Shown here one piece after another: positions 1-15,200 of a stretch of DNA of 64,000 nt. Below the pieces are notes generated by a model that did not search any database, was not told the origin of the DNA, and saw nothing but the letters and a program-made list of their open reading frames with translations. Source of the DNA: Eledone cirrhosa (taxonomy: Eukaryota); assembly GCA_964016885.1 (NCBI GenBank), contig OZ024747.1, positions 79,112,001 through 79,176,000 of the forward strand, in the 5' to 3' direction. Position 1 is the first letter of the stretch; each line of letters opens with the position of its first letter. Position numbers and translations under genes: made by a program.

Positions 1-1079
1 TGAACACAATTTTGGCCTGGAAAGATAATTGATACAGCAATTATTTTTGTTGGGAAGGTAGAGGGGCATATATTATGTCATTCAAGTGTTTGGAAAAAGA
101 ACCACTTGATCAATATGAAATTAGTCATGGGGCCTACAAGGCTGACTCATGCTTTAGCACAGAAAATGGTTCTAACTTTAGTCATGGGGCTGCAAGGCTA
201 ACCCATGCTTTAGCACAGAAAATGGTCTTAACTTTTAATATCTTGTACTTCATGGATCTGCATTAACATGTCATTCTGGAGAAATACAAAACAACATTAT
301 GACTGCATCACATTAAAACTAAATTAAACTTGATGCCAATTTTCACAAGGATTTGTCCACCAGTAAAGACATTATAAACATTTGAATTAATTGACCTATT
401 TTTAGATATTTTCTGCTGAACCATTGGATGTTAAGAGTTAAAATGTTTGTTGATGGTGGTGTTGTGAAATTAGAAAATATTTTATGAGTCTTGTAGTAGA
501 ATTCATCTATCTTGCTCACATAAATGCACTTTTATAAGCGATTGGAAATGTATTTACAGAGGCTATAACGATGGATTTCACCTAATATTCTATTGGTTTT
601 ATGGATCATTAGTGTAAGTTTGTTTCACTACTCTTATATGCTATATTTATTTTGTTGAAAAAACTGAGCTATCAAACGTCAGCAAGTTAGTATTAACAGT
701 ACTATTTATAAAAACATTCAAATTATTCTAGATGGCATGCTAATATGATGAAGTGGCTGTTAGAAATAGAAATGGGTTCCAAAATAGATGAACGATATGG
801 CAATTCAAATTCCTTGCTATTTTCATTTATAACAGATAATGAAATCACTAGAAATCAAAAGTTAACATCTTCATGTTTTAACAAAGAGAATGATATAGAT
901 AGAAATCACTAATTCTGGATACACAAAAACATTGTTCTAATGTTAGCTAGAAGGTCCTTTTTGAAGCATTGTTTTATGGTCAGAAGCCCTTCCTGGGGCC
1001 AATTTTTATAGCTTCTTACAACAATCAGAAATACAGTGCACCAATTCTAAACTGGATACACACAAATATTGAAAATATA

Positions 1080-1760
1080 AAAAAGATGGCAGGTCATAAA
1101 GCCATTGGTGAGATGGAAAGAACAAGAAGGTAGCCATGTGCAGTGTATAGGAAGAGTGTTGGAGTGGTCTCCGTTAAATGTATAATAAACACTAGATATT
1201 GAGAATTTAGTAGTGTGAAGGGATTATTAAATAATGTAAGAGCTACATTTAAATGTAAAATGTATATGGAGAGGAGTACAAATGGAGAGGATGTTGAGCT
1301 GGATTTCACACAAATCCTAAGATCCAGCTCAACATCCTCTCCATTTGTACTCCTCTCCATATTGAATGGAAAGTGTGGATTAGACATCTATAGTGAGATA
1401 TGCATGGAAGACGTTCCAGGAACTGAGTGCTGTGCTAATGAGGAGGGGAGTGCCACCAAAACTGAAGGGAAATATGTGTATTGCATGTGTGAGAAGTGCC
1501 ATGTTTTATGGGAACAAGACATGGGTGATGAATGTAGAGTAGCAGAGAAGGCTGGAAAGAATAGAAATGAGAATAGTCTGGTGGATGAGAGAAAGGGAAA
1601 TAATTGCAGAGCATGAAGGAAATAGAACCAGTGATGAATGTTGTGAAGAGAAATAGAATTATATGGTTGGGTCATATGGCTGAAGTTGATGGGAGGAAAT
1701 GAAAGCCAAGGTGTTCATGAGGAAGGATGCTGCTAATAGGAAAAAATGGAGAAACTTCAG
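1080..1760 (+). pseudogene. Old RTE relic of the PHD-containing family
   Basis: Broken frames read PCAVYRKSVG...KC and KLKGNMCIACVRSAMFYGNKTW, matching the young RTE C-terminal region. Confidence 0.65.
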
Positions 1761-4700
1761 CTTCTTTAGCAAGAAAGATGGCCTTGAAATGTGTGTTATT
1801 GTTGCTGTAATGTCAGGACTTGAAACTTCAACTACCAAGAACTGAACTACCATCATGTTACACAGTTTTCTATTGCAACTGAAACTGGCAGGGTTAGACT
1901 GGCAGGGTTAGACATCAAAAAAGCATCACAATCTTTGTTCTGAGACAGTAAGTCTCTAAGCTGTGAGGTGACCTGAAGCAATACTTTCTCTAGTGGCAAC
2001 CTGGTGAAAGCAGAAACAGACCAAAGTTTTGTCAATCACAAAACTGAAGATCGTGAATTGACAAAGGGCCTGGCTACCCAGTGATACATTTCTTGTTAAA
2101 CCCATCGTAGTAAAACATCTGGCAGTCTGCCCCCCCCCCCCCCCCCCAAGCATCTCTCTACACTGTTTGATCAGGTTTAGGCTCTACAAAGTGGATTGGT
2201 TCTTTCAGCACAACTTCTTTGTCATTCTTTGGAGTAACACACATTCACATGTTGTCTAGTGGGACCATGATATGAGCACTGTCGTTATTATGCAGTAAAG
2301 ACTATTGTATATACTTGACTGCATTGACCTATATATTCTTCGATAGAATTTAGCTGAAATATTGTATGTTTGTATGGACCTATAACTCCTGAGTTGCAGG
2401 GAAACTATCTTCAACAGTTTAAACCTGGCAGGGCCCTATACCTCTCCAGGTCTGAACTCAGTCAATTTCTTCCAGAGAATAGGTGAGAGAATGAGTTATG
2501 GACAGAAGTGGAAAAAGTTGATCTTAGGATATTGAACCTCACAAAGGAGATAGCAAAGGAAAGCAGTGGAGAGATTCCTTACTGGAGAGAATCATCCAAT
2601 TCATGCAAGCATGAAGAAAATGGATATAATAATCATGATGATGATGTCCTTTCTAGAATCAACTATGTAATCATTATAAAAGCATTGTGTCTATTTTCAG
2701 TTCTTCTAATAGATAATCTTAAAAGAAAACTTTCAATAATTAATAATATAAATACTTACTTAAGGAATTTTATTTGTTTTCTTCAAACTTCCATATATCA
2801 GTTGTTATTGGAATATTTTTTTTAATTTGACATTGCATATGAATCATTGAGAACATGTTGCTGAAACAATTATTTTTATTCTCATTGAATTACATAGCGC
2901 TTTTGTAGTATGCCAGCAATACCGTAGCCATCAAGATGATAATTCACTTTTATAACTGAAAACTAAAAATAGAGCCTATCGCTTCAACAAAATTTAGCAA
3001 GCTCTCTCTGTCTCTCTCTTACACATACACACACTCATTTTCTATTTCATTTCTCTCACACACATAAACACACAATTTTCTGACATTTTCTCAATCAGGC
3101 TTCTAATAAATAAATAAAAGAAAACACGTTCTAATGAATTAAAGAAGAAATAAACAAGTGTAAAAATTAAAAAAGATTTCACTTGAAGAAAAAAAATTTA
3201 GGATATTTGTCTCAAAATTAAACATAGTTTCATTTTTTCTGTAAGAAATTGTAATTACTACTGATTTCAAACACAAACCAAACTGCACCTGCTAATCCTT
3301 GTGACTACTTATTTCGCATATTAAGCATTTATTGCTGTAAATATCAAATAAAAACAAATATACACATATTTCTACATTTAGAGGTCTGTATACAAATGCA
3401 GAAAACACATTTCTCATTATACCAATAATTAACCCTTTTGATACCAACCCGCCCAAAACCAGCTCTAGATCTATGAAACAAAACCACACATTTTGAAAGG
3501 TTCCTATTAAAAATTTTCTAACATTATTTTATATAAGAACCATATTTTAAGTTATTATCTTCATAACAATTTTGGAAAATCTCTAAAAAAATATCTTTAT
3601 CAAATGAAATAAAGAGTATTTTATGGTCACAAAAGGTTTATCTTTTGAAATAGCTATTTATTGTTTTCTTTGTATTTTGCTTTGGCTTTTGATAGTTTTA
3701 GTAATTGTTTTGTTTTTCTCGTTACTAAATTATGCAATCCTTTATCCATATGTAGATTGAAAGGTAGGGTTTCGATATTAACAAACTTAGTTGGCAATAA
3801 ACAAATGAATACATTCTTGTCAGAAATACTTTTTTTCTGAAATTATAAGATTTTATTTCTTTACCTATTGTCAACAACAAGTCAATTTTTTTTTGTTCTT
3901 TAATATAAGACACTGTCTATGGTTTTCAGATAATTTTTTAAATAAGCAGGGATTTGGATGAATTAATAAAATAATTTTGTCATTATTAAGGTGGTGTTTG
4001 GAGCAAAACTTAAAGGTTCTGCTCATAAAATTACCATGCAAATGGTTGAGCATTTGACAAACATGTGTACCTTTAATGTAATACTAAGGAGAATTCAGCA
4101 TGGCCCAGTGTAGGACAAGGCTATCCCTTTGAATTACAGCAACAATCCAACAGGCTTCTAAACAGTTTCTATCTACCTAATTTCATTCATAAGGCTTGAA
4201 TCAATCCAAAGTTATGGTAAATAACATTTGCCCAAAATAGCAGGTAGTGAGATCAAACCCAGAACCTTATGATTATCAAGCAAACTTCTTAACCCTTCAA
4301 CCATACAGCATCCATTTACTACTACTGCAACTATGATGAATGTTTTCTCATGAAAACACTTTTGATTTTGTAGATATTCAATATTAGAAGAGAACTTTCA
4401 CAAAATAAACTCTGCCAAAATATTACCGAGTCAATAAACTAGATAATTCTTCAATTAAAATATTTGAATAATCTGTTCAGCATAATCAGTGATGTTATAG
4501 TCCTTGTTAAATAAATCATTAAGAAATAGATATCATAAATTGTGAAAACATTAATAATGAGAATGAAAGCAGATATAAAAATAACATCTCATTTGTAACT
4601 AAATGAAATTTCACAGATTATTGACATTCCTGTGTAAAATCAGGATTAAAAAAAAATTATCCACGAAAGAAATTTCCCTTAAATCACATCCAACTTCCAA

Positions 4701-6275
4701 ATGAATGGATATGATTTTAGAATTATTATCATAATGTAAAAAAAAAACTTAGTTGAATTAAACTTCCAGAAAATAAATTATTTTGCTTGATGTACTGCAA
4801 GTAAAATGGCAGACAAAACATCATTTTGGTCTTTAATTTATACTAATTGTTTATACCGCTAGTAAAAGTGAATGACCTCATTAAGTCATTGACCTTCATA
4901 ATGTTGTGATTTCAATTCCGGGTCTGATGGTGTGTTGTGTTCATAAGTAAAACACTTCATTTCACTTTCTCCAGTTAATTCCACTGGGAATAAGGACTGG
5001 CTGCAGCTGGAAATTAAACCTACAATAGATTGATATACTATTTTGTATTCTCACTTAACACCAATGAAATCAGGATATGTTTCAGCCCAATGAGCCTCTA
5101 GGCTTGAGACAGATTTTAGTTAGCTCTTATTTATCTAATGAAGTAGATAAAAAGAGAGGTCAGTATATGTTGAGTCGTGACTGGGTCTGTGAAAACTCAT
5201 CCAAACCTTGCAAGTAGGAAAGATGAACATTAAATGATGATAATGATGGAAAAATAAAAAAATGATAGAAATTATTTGACTAAAAAACAAATTATGCAAA
5301 CATAATGTATGCCAAAAAATGAGAGACAATGACGGAGGCTTACATAGAGATATATAGAAGGGGCTAAGTTGGTGGTTGGGGTAAAAGTAATTAGATAATA
5401 CAGATAAAGAGGAAAGATGTCAACTTATGAATGTAAGCTCAGTTAGTAACTCACTCTCCCTGTCATAAATACTCTGATCCAAACTCTGTCTATTTGTTTA
5501 GTAAGTCCTGTATGTTTATTTTGCAGTTTATTAAATTTAATAAAAGTCTCTGGAGTATCATCACTCGATAGGGTACATAGCCCAGAGATCAGAGAGTTGC
5601 TCAAAGTAGAGCTGTTACTTCTCCACATCAAGAGATCACAGCTCCTGTACTATGGACTTGTGGAGATGTTGGCTTTATCAACATATTTTTACTTGTTAGT
5701 CAGGAGTGGAAAGGCAGAACTCTTTCAAGACCTCTGAGACTGGTGGGAGAGGGGAGGAAAGTATCTTCCAACTAGAGACCTGGTCTGAGTGTTTGCAACA
5801 GAGTGGATTCCACTAAATGGCTAGGTGGTGGGGTTAAACAAGATGATGATGTAACTATTACTAAAGCAGGCCACAGTGAGATTTGAACCCAGAATGCAAA
5901 GAGCCTGGACACATACCACATAACCTTGACAGACATTAACAATTCCATTTACCAACTGCCTTGGACATGTACTTATTTTATCAAGTGCCCCCAGCCCGAA
6001 AGGATGAAAGACAAAGTTGACCTCAAAGTCAACAAATACAGCCTAGCCTTTTATCTTATAGTCTAACAATTCACTCAATTCTCCACACTTTTATCAAACA
6101 TACTTCAACAAACTTAACTCTTCACTTCTATTGGACTAAAAATAATAATTTCAAAACCTACACTACAGAGGAAAGAATTATATTTGATAATTAATTAGAT
6201 TTGTCCAATCCATGAAAAGTGAATGTCAAATGCTGGGGGTGGTGGTGATAATATATAAAATCAATACTAGAAATA

Positions 6276-6470
6276 CGAGGGTGGACTGAAAAGTTCAAAA
6301 GCTGACTATTAAGGAGTGATGCTAAAGCCGTGAAATTTTGCATGCATTAATTTCAATTCTTATTAATAACTGCATTGTTTCTTTTCAGGGACTATGTAGA
6401 AAAATAAACCTCATTTGGTCATTCCATGAGAGTATCTTGGTCAGCTTATGAACTTTTCAGCCAGCCCTTG
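6276..6470. mobile_element. Mariner-type MITE with TA TSD
   Basis: TA|cgagggtggactgaaaagttca ... tgaacttttcagccagcccttg|TA imperfect TIRs. Confidence 0.75.
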
Positions 6471-6495
6471 TACATTGTTAGACAATTCACACAAT

Positions 6496-6502
6496 ATGTG
6501 TA

Positions 6503-6549
<47 letters not shown>

Positions 6550-6778
6550 GAGTGTGTGTGTGAATGTGTGTGTATGAATGTGTGAGTGTGTATGAATATG
6601 TGTGTATGTGTGTGTGTGTGTGTATGAGTGTGTGTGTATGTGAGTGTGTGAATGTGTGTATGAATGCGAGTGTGTGAATGTGTGTATGAATGCGTGTATG
6701 TGAGTATGTGAGTGTGTGAATGTGAGTGTGTGAATGTGTGCGCGTGTGTGAATGTGTGTGCGTGTGTGAATGTGTGTG
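6496..6778. repeat. Compound (TG)n microsatellite
   Basis: Directly visible; a similar tract lies at 16681-16925. Confidence 0.95.
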
Positions 6779-8039
6779 CCTTATAATCTAACCTACATAA
6801 TCAACAGGCTGCTGAACAACAGTACATGATTATACAATTATCTTATAAATACATGTTGAATATTTATTTAGCAAGTATCAATAGATAACAATTTGAATTT
6901 ATACAATATAATGTTGAACAAATTTTAAATATCACTTAGTAATTGTACAGAAGTTTATTTTTATCTTAAATTAAAATTAAGTTCAAGAAAGTAAAATTTA
7001 GACAAAGATATAAAACTAAAACAAGATCTTAGAAAGTAATTAGTATATATTTACTATGTTCTTCCTTCTGTGAAACAGAAATAGAATAATAATGAAATGG
7101 ATATATTAGTTTTCAAAACAATTATGTAAATAGAAAACTAGCTTATTAATTAATATCTAAGCAAATACGTGAAATGTAACTTATAACATTTGAAGCTAAC
7201 AATACACTGATTGCTTTTCCAACAGTTTCGATAATTATCGAAATAAGAATAATTATAATTATTCTTATTTAATGAGCTTGAAAAAGATTTGATTTTCTTA
7301 AGTATTTCCCTTTAGAACAAGATGGAATTAAATAAAACACAATTTACAAGTGATGTTTTAATCAAATAGAAAATGAGGAAAATATCAAAGCTAATAATTT
7401 AGAGAGAAGCCAAGAAAAGACAATAGAAACAACAAAATAATGATGATGATGATGATTGCTATAAAAATTAGCTTAAAAGAAATATAGTTGTTTGTAATGT
7501 TTGATTTTATAGTTTGTTTTTTATTATCCAATTACTTTTATTGTCAACAAAATTTTATAATTTAATAAGCAGCAAGTCATTAAATAGATAATAAATATCT
7601 ACACAAATATGTAATTAAAACACAGTTTAGATGATCACAGGAACAATTTGCATTTAATATAATTATATTTTAGTTTATTATGAATAGAAATTTCTATCTA
7701 TTTTAAGCAAATAGCCTAAGAAATAATTTTGTATTTTGTGGTAGACATGCAGTGCAGAGTATAGTATGTCCATTGTAAATTGAATCTGCCATCCAGTTTT
7801 AATTCCTAACTGGAACAGCTTCAAATATATTACTAATGCTCTTGTTGGTAAACACCTTGTAGACTCAGCTGGTTCCTTCAGATAAAACTACATTCCAAAC
7901 TTTCATCTGACCTAAATGTTACAGCCATGACCATCCCATCTATAATTCAAACAATATCTCAGACCTTATTATCCATTGTTCTTCCATTTTTGTTTTTTTT
8001 AAAGCTGATACGGGTGATCCAAAGGTGACTTGACTGTTA

Positions 8040-8345
8040 TTTCTAGAAGAGAACAATGCCAACAGCAGCCAACCATTGAAGACCAAATCCAGCAACGCAG
8101 GCTACAGTGGTTTGGCCATGTCTACAGGAGGAGCACCAGAAGACTACCACACCAACTTTTGTCATGACAGGGATCCATGCACTGGAAAATCCAGCACAAC
8201 ACACCAAAGATAGGAGTGAAACAAATCAAAGAGGACCTGAAATTGCACTGCCTTGACCTCAACCATGCTAAGGTTGCCTTGACCTCAACCATGCTAAGGT
8301 CAGTGCCATGGATAGAAAAACGTGGAAAAACATCATCATCGGAGT
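8040..8345 (+). pseudogene. Decayed RTE-like 3' fragment
   Basis: RRLQWFGHVYR motif and a DR..W-like end, followed by short (CAT)n. Confidence 0.55.
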
Positions 8346-8615
8346 CCATCATCCAGTGGCACCCACAGCAACATATTCGTGAAAGGACAGCCTCCCCCTA
8401 TTGCCAAGTAGAGATCGAAGAAGAAGAATTGGGGTAGATTGATTGTTGTTGGGAGCGATGGGGTGTAATTTTGAAAGTCATGTTTGAATTTATGTTGTTT
8501 GCAGCATGTGCCTGGTAGATGGGGTGGTTTGTGGGATTATGGTTCGTGTTTGCTTGAGTTTCTGGATAGCATGGGTTTCGTATAGATTTGTTTACATTCA
8601 AATTAAGGCAATAAA

Positions 8616-8661
<46 letters not shown>

Positions 8662-10314
8662 ATGATATTTTATGTTAAACATAACATTAAGAAAAGTAAA
8701 GAGTCCTTAATTCCTGATGGATTCCTAGGGGCGCTGTCTTGACCCACACTGTGTTTTGAGCATTTTAAACCTAACGAAGTCTATCCTTCTCCGAATCAGA
8801 ACAAAGCCGATTTCTTCCACAGATAGAGAAGGAAAGCATTGATCCCAGTCCTGCATTCTATTTATTGACCTCAAAAGGATGAAAGGCAAAGCAAACCATG
8901 GCAGGATTTGAATTAAGAGTGCAGTGAGCTAGAACAACAACCAAGGCATTTTTAAACCAACCTAATAATTGTAAATTCACTGCCTTAAACATAACATCTA
9001 CACATGCCGAATATGATGGAAAAACATGACAGAACAGTCTATCTGTTGTATAGCAGGCAATCACACAAACCATTGCACTAAGATGACCTGACAATTTTTC
9101 AATGGCAAATTTAGCATATTTAAATGTCTAACAGGACAAACCACAATTGTTTGCCTCCAAACATATCACATAACTTGGGCTGGTAAGAGAGCAGTCACTT
9201 AAGCCCCAGTGGATGGAAGATTAACCCCCATTGCTGTTGAACAAAGCCCAGTCACACATTGGGTGCATCTATGCTCACTGAGATGATCATAGAATAAATC
9301 TAATGTAATGTAAAGTTTTTAACCTTTTAGTTACTAACCTGCCAAAACCGTCTCTGGGTTTATGAAATAAAATCACCCCTTTTAAAGGTTTAAAATTTAT
9401 ATTAAAATCTTCCAACATAATTTTACTTAAGAACCTTACATTAAGTTACTATCTTAGTAATGAAATAATTAATAATCTTAGTAAATCCCTCAAAATCCTT
9501 CATTAATTAATTAAAATAGACTGTATTTCATTAGAAATGTGGTCTTGAAAGGGTTAATGATAAACTTTAATACATTTACATATGCAAAATAGGATCAAAA
9601 AATACAACTGAACTATCTAAACTGCATATCTGTTCTATACCAGGCAACCTCACTATATATATATATATTAGTATACAGAAATAAATCAGAAACAGAATAC
9701 AGAGAGGTATAGTTTGGCAAAGGAAAATGTGGCAATCTACATTGATATAATGAGGAAAATGTTTAAGAAAACACTTTTATATTGACGGATAATTGCCAGG
9801 GTGGCATACAGTCGTAAAATTATGACGATGATGATGATAAAAATAGTAGAGCTGCAACTAAGCATAAAGAAAGCACTATTTATATTAAATATTTTATATG
9901 ATTTCATAATTGTCTCTACTTTAGGCACAAGGCCAGCAATTATCCAGTGCATTACTGGTACTTTATTTTATCGACCCCATAAGGATGAAAGGCAAAGTCA
10001 ATGAATCCATTTTCTTCCTCCTCTATCTTGTATTCTTCATAACTCTTCCATCTTGTGTTCTTTGACAAATACAATTAAATATTTATCTTAAATATTCATC
10101 CTTTTCAAACACTTACACATTAAAACTGTTAAAGGTTTCTTTCTCTAGATGAACTTTTATTTTATTACATTTTTAGATTTGGTAAGATATAAACTTAAAC
10201 CTCTTCAACCCTTTTAAAACCAAATCCTCTTAAACTGACCCAGGTTCTATGATAGTAAGTTGTTTTAAAGTGTTTAAATTTATCTAAAAACCTTCCATTA
10301 TAATTTTATGTAAG

Positions 10315-10500
10315 GGCGGTGGATTGGCAGTATCGTTAGAGGGTTGGACGCCATGCTTTGACGCACAGAGTTACGGCCTTTGCCATTCTAAGTTCAAATC
10401 CCGACGAGGTTAACTTTGCCTTTCATCCTTACGGGGTCGATAAAATAAAGTACCAGTAATGCACTGGGTAATTGCTGGCCTTGTGCCAAAAGTAGAAACA
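10315..10500 (+). mobile_element. tRNA-derived SINE with Nin(-DC)-type central domain and 18-bp TSD
   Basis: A box TGGCAGTATCG, B box GTTCAAATCC, core GCCTTTCATCCTTACGGGGTCGATAAA...GTACCAG. TSD attata(a/g)ttttatgtaag at 10297-10314 and 10501-10518. Confidence 0.85.
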
Positions 10501-12182
10501 ATTATAGTTTTATGTAAGAATCTTTGTCATGTTCTACATACCAACTTAAAGAGAAAGTTGGTATATTACTAAATCCATCCTAATTCATTATTTTCAAAAT
10601 TCTTTCAAAATCATAAGCAGTGCCTTTCATTAGAAAGTGTGGTAACAAAATATTTAAACCCCAATTAAAAGTTAGTAATTTGTAGCAGAGTTGTTAGAAT
10701 GTCAGAGAAATGCCTGTCAGTATTTGTTCCAGTTCTTTACATTCTGTGTTCAAATCATGCCAAGGTCAACTTTATTTTATCAACCCCAAAGGATGAAAGA
10801 TAAAATAGCAATCAAGTACTGGGGCAATTTAACTGGCTTTTCCCTCCCTTAAAATTGCTGGCCCTGCATCTAAATTAGAAATGAACCTGTAGTCCATTAA
10901 AATATGTTTACAAAGGAAGGAAGCTACCTCTATTTTTATGATGACTGTCTCAGTTGTTAAATCAACAGAGCAGTCTGCTCATGAAATTAATGTGCAAGTG
11001 GCTGAGCATTCCACAGACACATATACCTGATGAGCTTCCAAACAATTTCCATCTACCGAATTCATTCACAAAGCATGGGTCAATCAGGGGCTATTGTGAA
11101 TGGCATGTATTCATAACAATTTTCAGGGAAATTCAATTTGACAGTGTAACAAGGTTGAAATGTTGAATTTTAGGTACAGTTCATCTGAGGAGCTTCCAAA
11201 CTATTTCCATCTTCCCAATTTCACTCCCAAGACTTATGTTGACCAAAGGCTATTGTAAATGGCACTTAACATTGCAATGGAATTGACCCTGAGGCCTATC
11301 AATTGTGAAGGTAAAGCAAACGTCTTAACCATTCAGCTATACTGTGTCTATGATATGTTTATAGGCTTTTAATATCTCATTAATAGAAACTCAACAGTAA
11401 AGCAACATAAAATATCAAAGTTTGGCAACCAACTGATAGAATGAGTGTGTAATGCTGTAACATTTCGTTTATGCTGACATTCCAGAATGCTGACATAATT
11501 AATGTAACTTTTTATTCATTTTTTTAGTAAATATTTTAGTTTTCTTTTCAATTATTAAATAAACATCAAAAGTAAAAGAATGAATAACAATATACAAACT
11601 GTGCACCTATGAGTGCCAACTGTGAAAACAAAGGGAAAAAGTGTGTGTTGCTTGTGAAACATATGTGTGGTTTGAACATTTTTACAACTATCTGCAAGAA
11701 TATTTGTGTTCAAGTTGAGCCAACAGTTAAATGAATGCAATGATATAAACATTATTTTTTTAATGAAATACTTTTAAAGACTGATGGGATGTAAACAACA
11801 AAATATTCCTGTGGCAGTGAATAAATACAAAACTGAATTACATAACTGAAAACAAAGTAAATTACAGAACACAAATACTGTTCCAATGTTTGTCTTTAAT
11901 TATCAATATATTTTCTTTGCCTTGATCATCTGCTTGAGAAAAAAGGTTAGTTGTTGTTGTTGTTGTTGAGCCCCAGGTCAGCCATGATTAAGCAGACATA
12001 TGATCAAAAGCATTCCAAATTTAACCATCCTTTCTTTTCCTTATGTGAGGAACTCAGGACTACAGTATCCAGAGTGTTTTTCTAAGATGGTTTGATTTGA
12101 TATTTGAAATATCTGCCACAACAAAATTTTTATAGCAGGTTAACTTTAAGTCAACAAAACAATCCCCCCTCTCACTCTCATA

Positions 12183-12216
<34 letters not shown>

Positions 12217-15200
12217 TGTATATATATATAAACATTAATACATAATTGTGTAATATTGTGAAAAATAGACTGCATAATGATGGATTAAAGGTGTGTAACT
12301 TAATAGAAGGAATGAGTTAATTGACAATTGGAGGACATTCAACGTTGAGTAGGATTTATTTTTTATAGAGTAGGCAGGGTTTAAAGGGACCAACTTTATC
12401 AACTTTTAATATCCTGTAATGATTCAGCAGAAAATAACTAAAAAGAGGCTTGTTAATTCAAATGTTTATAGTATCTTTACTTTGCAATATTTAAATAAAG
12501 ACTTGAATTTTGTTTAATGTGATGCAGTCAAAGAGGACAGATCATTTTAAAACTTTGAAATAAACTAAAGACTCCAATATTTAATGTGATCTAGTTATAG
12601 TGTTGTTTTGTACTCTTCGAGTGTTGTTTTGTACTCTTAAAGAATGTCTTGCTGATGCAGTAAAGAAAGTTCAGTAAAGAAAGTTAAGAGTTAACATAAA
12701 GTTTAAAACTAATTAACTTTATCTTTTAAGTGTATTATTGCATGCAGGATTTGAGCTAAGAACTTTTATTTCTAAACAAAAAGTAGTAACATCCTTATCA
12801 GTGACTTATTTGGAGAAGAACATTACAACTCTTCAATTAGAAATAAATGTTCCTAGTCCAGATCCAGCCTAGGACAATGTATGTATTCAAGAATAAGGTA
12901 CATGATAATGATCAAAGATCTAACCAATCAAATGTAGTATAAATATATATACTGCAAATAAGATTAATAGTCCTGATAAACTAACAACTTAAGAACAATA
13001 ACACATTTTAGAACTTTTTACATCAAGAGTAATCTTGTTCTTTTTTTGTGTGTGTGTGGGGGGGGGGGGGGGGGCAGAACAGTGGTGAAATATGGTTACA
13101 AGTTCTGAGCACTTGGCAGAGTATGGAAACATGAGATGAAGGCCCCTGGGCCATCTGAGAAGTCAGCAGCTTCTCTTGAGTACTGACCTGATCTGTTAAC
13201 CACCTATCTAACCTTTACTAGCAGGGAAAACATACGTTAAATGATGATGATTGTTTTTTGACAGAGATAACATTAGATAGAAAGCTGCCTTACAGACTGT
13301 CCTCTGCAACAGCAGACAATTTAGATATACACTTTTACTGGTTTCAGTCATTTGACAGTGGCCATGCTAGGACACCACCTAGGAAGTTTTTTTAACTCTT
13401 GTGCGTATCGTTTAAAGTCTGGTACTTATTTTATCGATCTGTTTCTGTTAACCTGCTAAATTAGGGAACACAGACACAGAGACACACACAGTTTCTGTCT
13501 ACTAAATCTCACACACAAGACATTGGTCAAGCCAAGGCTATAATAAGACATGCCCAAGGTGACATGCAGAGAGATTGATTATGAAACAAGATGATTGAGA
13601 AGTAAACTCTTTAATTTTATGAGTATAAATTGGAATTATTTCTTTAGAAATGTGATAGATGATAAAATCAGGCTAACAACCGTCTCTACACCCCCAAAAA
13701 TATATATCAAATCAAAGCTTGAATAATGCTTATTTAGTAAAATAGACTCCACTTAATTCAGATATATGTGAAAAAAAGGTTTTGTCAATTCAGAATAGCA
13801 TCAATAAAGCTGAATATGATTTTTTTTTTTTTTTTCTTTAAATTCACAACTGTAAAAATTTACACAGACAAACATAAACACACTAGAACAGAGGAGTCTT
13901 TTCAGAGACTGCTGGAATCCAGCTCCTAATGTTACTGTTTTGTAATGAATCAGCTTAAGAATGGTCTGACAAATCATACTGAAATCTCTAAGCAACAACA
14001 AGCAAGCCATTACTTCTTGGATGGCACATCTCAAATTCAAGTACACTAGATTGAAATAAAAAAGAGCCTGTGTCAGTTGTTTGATGATAAATTATCAAGT
14101 CATCAACAGCAATGTAAAGTTTGTTTTTTTTTACAATTTTATCACTTTTCTTCTACAGGAAGTAAATCATGAAAGGATGAAAATTAAATACAACAAATGA
14201 GATAACTGTTATTCAAATTTAGAAAAAGATTCTGGAACAATAATACAATTTCAGCTCTTTTTTTCATTTTGCTGTTTTGAATCTAAATTTGTATATAATA
14301 ATTATAGTTTGTTTGTAACTAACATTCTTTTGAATTTATCAAAATGAAAATTTTTTTGCAGTTAAAGTTACCATCTGACAGGAAATGTGACTGACTTAAA
14401 ACAACTTAAATTTGTTTAGAATCTTTTACATAAAACTGATGGTGATTTTTTTTTTCTTGTCTCTTGACCTTTTTTCAAGTTGCTAGAGTAATTCTAAAGA
14501 GATATTTCAAGAACTTTACAATTCCAGCAACTATCTCTATATATATTATAGTAATACTGTATTTTAGCTAAAATTAAAGTATCACTCAAGAATATGGCAG
14601 TACTCACAACTCCTGACCAAAATATTGCTAACATTCACACATATCAATCATTTTCATGTCCACTTTTTCCATGACAGCTGAGCACTGTAATATAATCTAA
14701 GATCAGTTGAATATTGAAATAGCAAAAAAAAATATGAAGTATAACTATAGGAATTTGCTTTTCAACCATGTGGCACCTTGGGCAAATATCTGCTACAATA
14801 GCCTCAGGTTAACTAGTGAAATTTAGTATACGCAAAAGCTGATGTGTCCATGTCTGTATTTGGCCCGTAACTTAGTGACTCAACAAAAAGATAAAATAAG
14901 TACCAGACTCAAAAAATAAGTACAAGGGTTGACATAGTCAGCTAAATCATGTAGGTGACCCAGCATGGCCACAGCCAAATGACTGAAACTAGTAAAAGCA
15001 ATTATTAATTGCATTGATTTTAAAAGAGTTACAGTAACCTTGTCTAATGTGTATAAATGATATAAGTAGCAATTAAACCATTTATAGAAGTGGTTTAACC
15101 AATACACTGAGTGCACACTCCAGATTGAAAACTAATTATAGTAAACATTACTTCTAACATAAATGCAAACATCTTTGTTTTCAATATAATCCAATATTGT

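Noticed and set aside
121-236. Two ~58-bp direct repeats
   Set aside because: A simple local tandem duplication with no further structure.
10315-10420. tRNA gene
   Set aside because: A/B boxes belong to a SINE head; no full cloverleaf, and it is followed by SINE core and a TSD.
13801-14050. Unique-looking 81-aa ORF or possible terminal exon
   Set aside because: No recognisable protein similarity and no linked exons.
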